From NCBI RefSeq assembly GCF_018977255.1, contig NW_024704743.1, positions 80,974,001 to 81,038,000 on the forward strand: a DNA stretch of 64,000 bases, read 5' to 3'. This DNA comes from Callorhinchus milii. Taxonomy: Eukaryota. Positions 50,301 through 62,300 of the stretch are shown here, piece after piece; positions within the stretch are counted from its first letter, which is position 1; the number at the start of each line of letters is the position of its first letter. The notes beneath the pieces are model-generated. The model was not told the DNA's origin and made no database searches. It was given only the letters and a program-made list of their open reading frames with translations. Made by a program: the position numbers and the translations under genes.

Positions 50301-53300
50301 GGTGCTATATCAAATGCATGGATTATATTTACTATACTTAATGGACCCTGGGATTGGGTTATCAAGCTAGAATGTAATTTAAAGGTTCAGCAGATGTAAA
50401 ACCTTGAGGTGAAAGAGCAAATTTACAAAAAGTCCCCTGGATACCAGAACTAGTTTTCATTTTATAAATGAATAAAAAGAGTAATAAAAAAAATCAAATA
50501 CACTTAACCAACATCTATTGTGCTATGATTGACTCAACAGTGTCCTATAGTAAGGATTAAATCCAATTAATAGATCATGACTCAGAGGACATGCAAGACA
50601 CTGCAAATCTCTGATGTAATCCTTCAATGATCACATCACGCTGTGGATTGCAAGTCTATTAACTATAGAGAGTGGACTATCCCATCATTTTACTTTCCTT
50701 TTGAAAGACTGGCTTTTAACTCAACAGCAAGGCATACTTACAGTAAGGTTGGCTACCACAGCCTTGGGATCATCTGTTAAAAAATAAATTATATTTTAGA
50801 ATAGGGCAGTTCAATTCAACCAATGTGACTGACTGTGGATACAATACAAATGTACATTTAAATAGCCACTTTCACGCCAGGAGGATATTACAAGGATGTC
50901 TTGCACAACTTTACTTAGATGCTCAAGTAAATCACAAACCAAAAAATGACAGAGTGATAAGAATATCATGTAGTTAAACAGAGAAACAAGCAGCTAGGCA
51001 TTGGCATAATAACTTCTTGCACATGGAGAAAACTGTTTTGATTATCCAGGGAAGTCTTCAAACTCTCAATCTCAATCTCCACCAAACCCTGTGTATACAG
51101 ATTGCATCTTATCTCCCACTTGGGAGGTCAGATTGGCAAACTATACACACTGGGTCTGGTGGAGATGAAAATTGAGAATTTGTGGATTTCTCTGGATAAT
51201 AAATACCATCAGCAAAACAGTTTTCAGCATGTGCAAGAGAACCAGCTTCACAACCTACTTCAAATTTAAGCCTGGATTTAAGAATTTGACAAATTCTGAA
51301 TGCTTTGAAATGCTAAGAGAGTGAAGCTAATCCCAGGTGAAATTTCTAGCCCTTTGGGTCTGAGCACGAGCATCAGTCAGGACTTCACTACAACAAGTTA
51401 TAGTTGATAAAATTTATATTTTAAATTACAGGAGTCCTGTAGCTCAGTGGTTAGAGCACTCGCTTTGCAAGCGAGAGACCTGCGTTCAATTCCAGGCAGG
51501 GCGAAACCTTGGGCAAGTTTCCTTACTCCACACGCTTAATAATAATCCCTCCAAAACCAAAAACAATAATAAATTGGTCATTTTCAATCTACGACTGTTT
51601 GTGGGACATTGCTGTGCGCAATTGGCTGCCGCGTTCGCCCACAAATATACAGTCAATTCACTTTACAGTGTGTTCTGTGAAGCGCTTTGGGACGTCCTTC
51701 CGACGTGAAAAGCGCTATATCAAATGCAAGGATTATTATTATTATTATTTGTATACATCTGTATTAGTATCTGATAAAATCACCAAATGGGGAGTATGAG
51801 TTCAATCGATTAGAAATGTAGTGTATGAGAAACTAGTTCCTTTGGTTTTTTATGGGCAAGCACACAATAAGCAGGATATACCTTATTAGATCACATTATG
51901 CTAACACTAACTACTATTCACAACTTATTTGATTGCAGCTATGTCGTAAAAAGCTTCTCGTTTGGTTTATACAGTAATTACAGAATATATAAGTTCCTCA
52001 ATCAATGCAAACTAGTCTTATAGTAAATAGACAAACATTTCTAAATAAAAATACAGTATTTGCAGAAAAAAATAGATTTACTCTTCTTTTTGTGAGTCTA
52101 TTTATATAAGAATTGCACAACTACATACTTAAAGAACACTGTTGTATAATTTTCTCTCCACCGTAAGTCATTTGACAATTACTTCAGTTAACACAGGTTT
52201 CCATTGTCCATTCATGAGTTTGCCTCTCTTGAACTTCTGCTGCAGGGAAAATTTTTACAGGGAGAGTTGCAGAGAGGCTAATCTGACCAGTTTAATGGAT
52301 CAGAATTCCTAGGTTCTATCCAGGCAAATAAAGGCAAAAAACACAGATCAGTCTACAATTGTAGACCATTGTTCCGTGGAGATTGGCTATGCCATTTGCC
52401 TGTAAATACAGTCACTACACTTCACAATAAAAAACCTGTGAAATGTTTTGAGATGATTTGACAATGTGGTAAGGCGCTACAACAAATGCAAGGATTACTA
52501 TTATTACTACATATATAGTAGTATACTGCATATTATAATAATAGTAATACATTGTGTAATTGCCTAAGTTGTATATGCACCCAAGTGCCATTCAGTTTCC
52601 TACCAAAAAGCACTTAGATTTATTTGCACTAGTCTTATTTTATGAAGCAAATCATTTTCTAACTCGTAACACCACTACTGCACATACCAGCTACATTGAA
52701 ATGCAGGAAATAAAGTTCTGACCCGTTAATACATTCTCATTTACCGACTGCATTGATGTACGTACACGCATTGTAAATTATTGATTAAACACCAACTCCC
52801 TGCTTGTCAGCCTTCCCAACTCTTCCCTCAACAAGCTGCAGACCATCCAGAACTCTGCAGCTCATGTCCTCTCCTGCACCAGGCTCCATGACCCCATCAC
52901 CCCCACCCTTGCCCAGCTCCACTGACTCCCCATAATAATCCCTCCAAAAAACAAAACAATAATAAATTGGTCATTTTCTATCTACGACTGTTTGTGGGAT
53001 ATTGCTGTACGCAATTGGCTGCCACGTTCGCCCACAAATATACAGTCAATTCACTTTACAGTATATTCTGTGAAGCGCTTTGGGACGTCCAGAAGACGTG
53101 AAAAGCGCTATATCAAATGCAAGTATTATTATTATTATCCTCCCTGCCCTCCAACCTCCCTGATCCAAACCCCCCCAAACCCCCTCTACTCCAACCCCCA
53201 ATCAAGTCCAAATCTCTAACTGTTTCACCTTGGGCCTTCCTCCCGACGTGAAAGGCGCTTTATAAATGTAATTTTGTATTTTTATAAATCAATTTACCTG

Positions 53301-56300
53301 CAACTCATACTTCACGTAAGTCGTATTAAATGTTATTGTCCCGACTGTTACGATTTACGTGAATTTTATGGTACTTACATTTGACACTGTTACTGTATCT
53401 GGAGCGAATACGCCCAAGAGATCCAGGGAACAAGATAATGTCATCAACATTATGAAGGTAATTGCTCAAATACTCAGTTCTTTCACAGGCTGCGTCTTCC
53501 ATTCCTTTAAGATAAATCAAAAGCAACTTTGTCACAATGCATATGATTTTGTTGAACAGTTCTGCAGTAAACCATTCATTTTGAGATTAATGGACAGTAA
53601 CCATAAATTCATGCTGAAATCCAACATTAGCTAGCTCCTGTCCAATTCTCTGGTATAAATATTTCAAAGCAATTTCTAACTGGCATATATATGTCAAACT
53701 GATGTCTAGTTGGTAATTAAGCAGGATTTTAGAGGTTACCCTATTTTGTTGTGTACCTGCCAATTTATATCAGTTCAATATATAAAATCTTAGCCCTTTC
53801 ATTTCAGAAGTCCTTGACTTTTAGTTTTTGTGCCAGGTTACTTAACATGAGGATTTTAGAAATTCCCTACTTCAAGGTTGAGACTGCTTCTCACACAATC
53901 TCCAAGCATAATAATTAAAACAGCCAAGAAATCTGTTTTCAATTTATCACTGGAATAACCTTCACTTGGTCTTAATGGAATGTATTTTTGGCCTACCTTA
54001 ATGATGTATTATCTTAATATTTTACTTTCTTTCTCTAATTTATTTCTTTCCCTTAGTGAAGAACTCCACTAGAATCAACCACTTTATGAAGCTAGTTGGC
54101 TTTCCTACAATTGCTAAGAGCATGTGAATGGCATTGTGTGGCATTTGTCATGATAAAATACATTATAACAGCTGATGGATTGCAGGTTATTGTTCACACG
54201 TGCAAGTAATTCAGAGGTTGGACTGCTATTCCATGCATCTGTGAACCAATTCCCGAAAACCAGCAGAGACTTGGATAAGGACAACCCACAAAGCCGGCGC
54301 AGGCCAGTACTTTGGGTTTCTTAGTGGTCTAAGCTGACGTTTATGATTTTGGATCATAAACTTTCAATGATGCTTTACAAGCCAAATCGGTATCCTTTAA
54401 AGCAGTGATAGCCAACCTTTATATGGTCGGCTGACAAAATAAATTTTCTTCATTTAATATTTTTTGATTTATGCCAAGAATAAATCAAGAAAAAAGTGAA
54501 AACACACCACTTATCAAACATGGACCTACTTTTTAACGCTTTTTAACGGTTTCACAAACCACTTCAGGCCCAAGGGATACAGGTTGGCTACTGCTGCTTT
54601 AAAACATCACTTGAGTTTGCAACCCATCGCCCATACTGTGGCCTTGCTAAGGGAAAACCAAGATGGGATGTTGTCACTTTTTCAACTGGGTTTGGGCGTT
54701 ACCATTATTTAGTCAGGGAGGGAGGGAAGGAAAGAGGTTCGTGTTTCAAAGAATCACATTTTAACTTCATTCCTTAATTAAGTTGGTCCTTTGGCCCATT
54801 TGAACTCATCCCTCCAGAATACCCACCCTACCTACCATCATCACACCAAATTGATTTCTGAATGAGTCCAATATTCTGATCTCAAACAGCCTTTCTGGTA
54901 ACCTGTTCCAGTCGTTGATTACTCGCTGGATAAAGATAAAACTTTCTGGTATCTGTCCTGAAATTGCTTCTTGTAACTCTAAACCTAAGTCATATTGTTC
55001 TACCATCTTGTTGCATCCTAAAGTATTGTTCTGGGTTTAAAATGTTATATATCTCTGTCTTCTCTACCCTTAGTGGCAAGAGCAATGCCACCCCATCCTG
55101 AGATCAACTTCTTACCATGGTCTCCAAGAAAGATGATGTTAACACATCGGTGGAGTTTCATTTGTTTCAGGCCATTCATCAGCTGCCCTACAATTCTGTC
55201 TGTTGTACGAAGAGCTTCAGTCACCTAAAGATTGAAAAAAAACTGTTACAAGAAACCATGCGTTTCCCTTTAACCGTTTAACAAGCCTGCAGCTTCACTC
55301 AATTGGGCAAATTTGTTGGTGAAGATCAATCTGCAGAGTTCTAGCAACTGGAAATATTGGTAGAGGCAATATTGCCTTGACAAAAGCCTGTCAAACTTGG
55401 TTTAAAGGCTAGCCTTTTACTGAGCTACACTCATTATCCATTAAAAAACATCAGACTTTGAAAATATATTAAATCTCTCTCTGTATATATGATATAATAC
55501 AATGAATAGAGGGGATATAAAAAACCTCTGATGCCATTTCACCATATTTCCTCTTTCATGATTCGAATAAAATTTTTATTGGAATGGAACTAACGGTGTA
55601 GTGCGAGAAAACAACACAAAAAATAAGTTCACTTACTGTTCCCTGGAGTTTTAAAGGTGCTTTTAAAAGGATCTTTAATTGGACAATGTGAAATTCTCCT
55701 AGGATTCCCAAAATAAATATTTTAACATAGAACTAAAATTAAAAGCAGGGAGTATAGCCCTAACACAACAAAACTACATCATGAATGTGGCAGGAGTGGC
55801 TACTCATTCCCACCCACTTGAATTGGTTTTATTTCCCAAGCAGCATGTGCTACAACAACAGATGGTCCCACTCACCGTTGTGTCCATCACCAAGATCTGA
55901 CTCACAGACACAACAGTTGGATTGTGATCCAAATCAAACATTTGAATCCTAAATAATAATTCTTCCATTTGATATAGCACCTTTCATGTTGGGAGGATGT
56001 CTAAAGGTCCTGCCATTTACCGTAAAATGTTGACTATATATTTTGTGGATGAATGTGGCAGACAATCTGCACACAGGAAAGTCTTTCAAACAGCCATGAA
56101 GTAAAGGACCAATTTTATTTGGGAGATTATTGACCTGGGCACCAGGAGAAATTCCTTTCTTTTTTCATGTAGTGCCATGGGACCTTAAGCCTCCACAAGA
56201 ACAAGCAGATAGGACCTCGGTTTAATGTCTCATCTGAAGGACGTACCTTCGACATTGCAGTATTCCCTCAGCCCTGTACTGGAGTGCTAGCCTAGACTAC

Positions 56301-59300
56301 GTGAGTTCAAAGTCCTGACATGTGGCTTGAACCCACAACCTTCTGACTCAGAGACAAGTGCTACCAACTGAGTTAGACTGACAATTTAAATAATTTTATT
56401 TAAACAGCCCCTGCACCCCACACACACACCTCCTCCACGGGATTAAGGGTAGGTAAAAATCTGCCTGCAATTTGCAGTTCTTCTTTTATATTTTAAAAAA
56501 AAATTTAATTTCTTGATATCTGTTTCCATAATTTGTGTAAAATACACCTTTACCTTTTGAAGTTTACCTAATGGTTTTCCTCAATGTTCTCACACAAGAG
56601 AGCACTATGCAGTGCGAAGAGTCTGTATGTTATAGCTGCGCTGAATTCAAAGCCAGTCTTGGAACATTTTAACCCAGTGACAAATATTGTAAATTGCAAA
56701 CATCTGAAGTCACTAGTTCAACCTAACTGTTTTGCACATTCATAAATACTCAGGTTATTTCTCTGAGTAATCCGAGTCTCACCTCAACCAAGTGCTTGTT
56801 TTTCCCATTTTCTAATGACTACAATTAAAAGTAGACATTGTCTGTGTAAGACTGGGACAATGGTTCTGTATAACACATACGGTATTGCATTGTATATTGG
56901 TGTTTATCATCTGAAGTAATTGAGTAAGTGAAGCCGAGATGGTGTGAGACTGCCCCCTGAGGTAGTCTCACACCACTTGTCTAAATTTGTATCGGGCCTT
57001 GTAAAGACAGTAATTGCAGAGATTTTGTTGGTTCAACATGAAAATTAGCATCTAACTGAAGCAAACAATGTAGCAAACTGTCCCATTAGCTAATCTGTCC
57101 TGTTAAGTGTCCTAATTAACTCTCCACGGTTCCATAATACGTAGGTCCTCTCGACATGAAAGGCGTTTTACAAATGTAATTTTGTTGTTATTGTTATGAT
57201 ATAGCGCCTTATCACTTCTTTGAGACATCTCAAAGCCCTTCACAGAATATACTGTAAAGTGAACTGACTGTATATTTTGTGGGCGAAACGTGGCAGCCAA
57301 TTGTATACAGCAGTGTCCCACAAACAGTCGTGGATTGAGTGACCAATTTATTATTTTTTTTTGAAAGAATTATTACCCCCAGAAAAGCGATCTGCCAATC
57401 GACTAACAACTGGGTTCTTACTTACTGCTAGATAATAATAATAATAATAATAATAATAATCCTTGCATTTGATATAGCGCTTTTCACGTCTTCTAGATGT
57501 CCCAAAGCGCTTCACAGAACACACAGTGTAAAGTGAATTGACTGTATATTTGTGAGCAAACGCGGCAGCCAATTGCACACAGCAATGTCCCACAAACAGT
57601 TGTGGATTGAAAATGATCAATTTATTATTGTTTTGTTTTTTGGAGGGATTATTATTAAGAGTGTGGAGTAAGGAAACTTGTCCAAGGTTTCGCCCTCTGC
57701 CTGGAATTGAACTCAGGTCTCTCACTTGCAAAGTGAGTGCTCTAACTACTGAGCTACAGGACAGATAAACAGAGCCGTGTGCAACAACAACAACAACAAG
57801 ATTGCATTTATAGAGCGCCTTTCACGTCGGGAGGACGTCCCAAGGCACTGGACAGTGGGTCGGGACCCGAGCAGGGGGGAAATGGTCAGGGTGAGGGGAG
57901 GGAAGGAGCGAGGAGGAGGTAGAGAGTCGAGAGGGGAGCTGAAAGCACGGTTGAAGAGAAAGGTCTTGAGACCGGCCTTGAAGGAGGAAAGGGAGGAGGC
58001 GGCGAAGGCACTGGGGGATGGAGTTCCAGAGCCTAGGGGCTGAGAGGCTGAAAGCCCGGCCACCGATGGTAGGGCGGTTAGGGTGGGGGATATGGAGCAG
58101 ACTGGAGCCAGAGGAACGGAGCGTATGGGCAGATACGTGGGGTGTTTGTAGGTCGGAGAGGTCGGAGGGTGCAAGGCCGTGAATGGCCTTGCAGATGAGG
58201 ATGAGGATCTTGAATTCGATCCTCTAGGGGATGGGGAGCCAGTGGAGGTGAGCGAGGGTGGGAGTGATGTAGTCGCGAGGATGGGAGTGATGTGGTCGCG
58301 TGCAGTAAGGAAACTTGCCCAACATTTTGCCCTGCTGATAACCCAGGTTTCTCGCTTGAGAGGTGAGTGCTCTAGCCACTGATCTACAGGATTTCCTATC
58401 ATAACATACAAAGTGCTCATTATCTAGCTTTTTAGAGACTTCTCCCGACCCCTTGTCTAGGAATGTTGGCGCTCATGTAGTTTTGTTAACACATGAACTT
58501 TGGCTACTTTTGTTAAGCGGACTTTACATCCGCTTTTAATGGAAGGGCAAATGCTGGTCCTATTGTTTGGGTGTTAATCTCCATCAAGCCGTGGTATACT
58601 TGACCTGTAGTGCTTGGTACAGGCTGCCAAAATGTTGGGAAATGTTTCATTCCCTAGCACTAACATGAGAAATGTTCCATAAGCATTTACATACTACATT
58701 TCATGTCAGAAGGATATCCGAACATGAAAAATCAGCACAGCACATTAAACGAGGAATATACAGGGGTGCGTGTATTTATATATATATACAGTATATTCAA
58801 AAAGATAATTATATGGTGCTGAGGATTACAGAGATTAAAAGCCAAAAAATAAATTCATCTCCTCTGTGAAGTTTCAGAAAGTTGCAAGGTGTAGCAAGCA
58901 ATAATAAAATGTCTGGTTTGAGCAGCCAGCTCAAAATATGCTGAGAAGACAGCAGCTTTGATTTGAAAGCTAGCCAACTTGTGGAAAGGGCCTTTTTTTT
59001 TACTCTCAACATGTTTTTAAATTAAGTACCAGACTGTATAATACTCTAGGACAAGGTCACTGCAAAGCCTTCTCCTGGATCATTGCCATAAAGGAGTGCA
59101 GAAGGAACCCGTTATAACATACTTTAATGTAGCGCAGGCCTGTTTAGAGTATGGGTATACCACATCAGGATAACTACTCGTGCTGACTTGGGACTGCAGC
59201 TTTTGGTAGGATTAGTTCTTCCTGCAAATAGGAAATGTCAACAGTGACAACATTTGGCTTAGAAGCGGTTTCCCTGTAACGGTGCTTGTTATATCTAGAT

Positions 59301-62300
59301 CTAGGCGGTTATTTTGTACGCAAAGCATGGTTGTCTATGGTTATCTTCTCTCTCCCCCAGGCTCGGCATCATGCTCCTCCACTGTCAAGCATTCTGGAAC
59401 ACTACCCTGCATCAGGGCCAGTACATAAATCATAGAATCATAAAATATTACAGCACCGAAGAAGGCCATTCGGCCCATCGTGCCTGTGCCAACTCTTTCG
59501 AAGAGCTATCAATCAGTCCCACTCGTTCTACATGTCCGTGTCATTTTTTTCCTTTTCAAGTATCTGTCTAATTCCCTTTTGAAAGCTGTTATTAAATGCA
59601 AGTTGTTGGTGTGTTAAAACAGGATTCAACTCTATTTACCCCCTTTATCTACAGTGTTAACAGTATAGTCTGCACTCTTAAAATGTTCATTTTAATAAGC
59701 ACTTTTAAATTCTTTGTAACAATGTTTATTCTATGAAAAAGGAACAGCAGTGCGTTTCTGGCGTAATACACGGGAAATCAGTTTTTCTTTTTGAAAAAGA
59801 AACTCAAAGGTGGTTAGAGAGAGAGATTCAGGAGTACGGATTTTGTTATGATTAGTTCAGTATGGTCTGCTGCTTCGAGAGAAAGTTCCTCCTTCCCCCA
59901 AGGCTGGAAATTGAACACAGAACAACCAAGAACAAAAAAGGCTTCTTTTTTTCAAAAAGGAACCAAACGCATCTGGTTAGTATTAACACTTAATTTCCAC
60001 CAGCAGCACCATGAGCAGGTGTTCCACATGTGGTAAGCTTTGCCCCTCTCAGTGCCCCAACTTAATACGAGCGTGCTTTACTAACCTCTGAGCTGAATGG
60101 TCCAAATCTATGACCGTAACCATCTGGCTGTTCCGAGTAGAAAGCATAGGCATAGGGCCTGAAATTGAAGCAATTGGTATGATTAAGTGTTTTTTTCTCT
60201 TCAGGCCACTGAATGAAATCTGGCTCCACTTTTCTCACTGAAGGATTTCTGCAGTGAGGCTTGTAACAAAGTTTGTCTATTTCGGTGTCTTAGCCAACCA
60301 AACCACCCAGTTATTGATCCCTTATCCTGTATTCTATCTTCCTTTTCTATCCCTTCTCAGGATCAAATAAAATACATTCCAAAAAGTAGACTTCTTGCTT
60401 TGAATTCTGTAAGTTTTAAAATGACCGATTTTAGATCTTAAAGGAAGTACAATTTCTTCACCCATTCACAGAAGATCTTACGTATCATTCACATGCAAAA
60501 CAGACACATTTGCTTGCAATCTTCATGTGTCCAACATATATGCACCCTCTTCTTTGGGAACTGCTAAACAAGCTAATTCATTATCACACATTCGCTAAAG
60601 GAACTGGGGGAGAGAAAGATGATGATAAAACGATGGTTTCATTCTTGAAAAAAGTTGTTTTTGGGGTGCAAAAGAGTGAGGTACGAAACATCAGAATTCA
60701 AACACATAAAGAAGGCATGCTCTTGAAATGTAAAATAGCAAAAGAGCAACCAAACAAACCATTAACATTGTAATATAAACAGCAGCCCTAAAGGAAGATG
60801 GTTAGGAGGGTTTATTCATCACATAGTCTTGAATTTACTGACCTTTGGTCATTGTGCCCTTAGAATGAGATTTCCCCCCTTTATAAACAATTGTCACCAA
60901 GATTGGTAAATTACTGTCCAGATGAAAATAAGACCATACCACCCATCCTCCCCACCCTCATCTTTAAACATTAAAAATAAAGTCTAAAAATATAATTTAA
61001 GAAAAATCTTTTTTTCTGTGCAAATCCAATTGAACCACATAGGGCCAACAAGCACACACACAATGTATTATGTAATACATATTCCCACAAACAACAGATG
61101 CCCATTTGTTGTGATTACTATGTTCTTGGGAACTGTGAAAAGCAGCACACTAACCAACAGAACCATTTTGTGAGAGAAAAACAAATATACAATGGCAAGA
61201 CTGTGCTCGGTTGGCTGATGTCAGCCAGGGCAGCAGTACGAGTGCTACAATTGGCCTCAGTCCCTGGGTCTGAGAGAGGAACGTCAGCCAAGGTTCGCCC
61301 TCCTGATCGCTATCCAGTGACCCCTGATAGAAAGTGCACATCCCTATGCAAGAAGAGCTCTGCTCAGATTCCTCCCATTGTACAGACTGACACTAGATAT
61401 TTTCCAGCTTCAAACATGAAAGAAGGCTACTTTGGCCAAGGCACCATGGGAGGATACGATGGGAGGAGGGGAAAAAATTGGAACATGCAAAAATAAACAC
61501 AAAGACCATGCAATACTTAAGGGATCTGCAATCCTAAAGAGTCCATCTCGTGAGGGCGGAGTAAGGATACATAAATGATCAAAAGAGAGGAGATCAGATC
61601 AAGCATGGAGACTTTATACTTTTTAAAAAATTGTAATTGATTGGTCTAGTAGCATCTGTGGCTAATCTGGTTATGATGACTGACTGAAATCAACACATAT
61701 TCAGCAAAGACACCATCCATGCCTCAATTAATGTATATGGAGAGCCCTGCCCAATATGTGGTTCGATAACAGCACAAGGAAAAGCAAATTAGGTGGAAAT
61801 AAAACCGTCCACACTAAATCCACATTGGATATTAAAAACGAAAAGCTTTATAGATTAATTGGTGCAATTTTAAGGCAACAATTTTTTCTTGGAAATCAAG
61901 CCACAGTTTATGTCATCTGAATCTCTCATTGAGATTTCTACCTTGTGATCATTCTCACTTACAAAGTCCATCATTATTGTATGTATTGTTCCTAAATCTT
62001 TTGAAACAATCAATGAATACAAAAACAAAGTGTGTAGCATTTAATCCCACATACATGCAGGTCTTCTTATAGCCCAATTTTGCTAATGCACAGCACAGAC
62101 AATTGAGTTGCTTTCTGAAAGAAATATCATTCAATCCAGTTTCTTAACTCAAGGCACCCGATGTCTCTTGGCTTCAAAAATGCAACTTGTAAATAAACTT
62201 CAAAATAAGCAAGCAATTTCTAATTTTAACAAAAATCTATTATGCATGCTAAACATCTCCAAATAATACAAGTTTATTTTTTGGCCAGTACAAATGAGTT

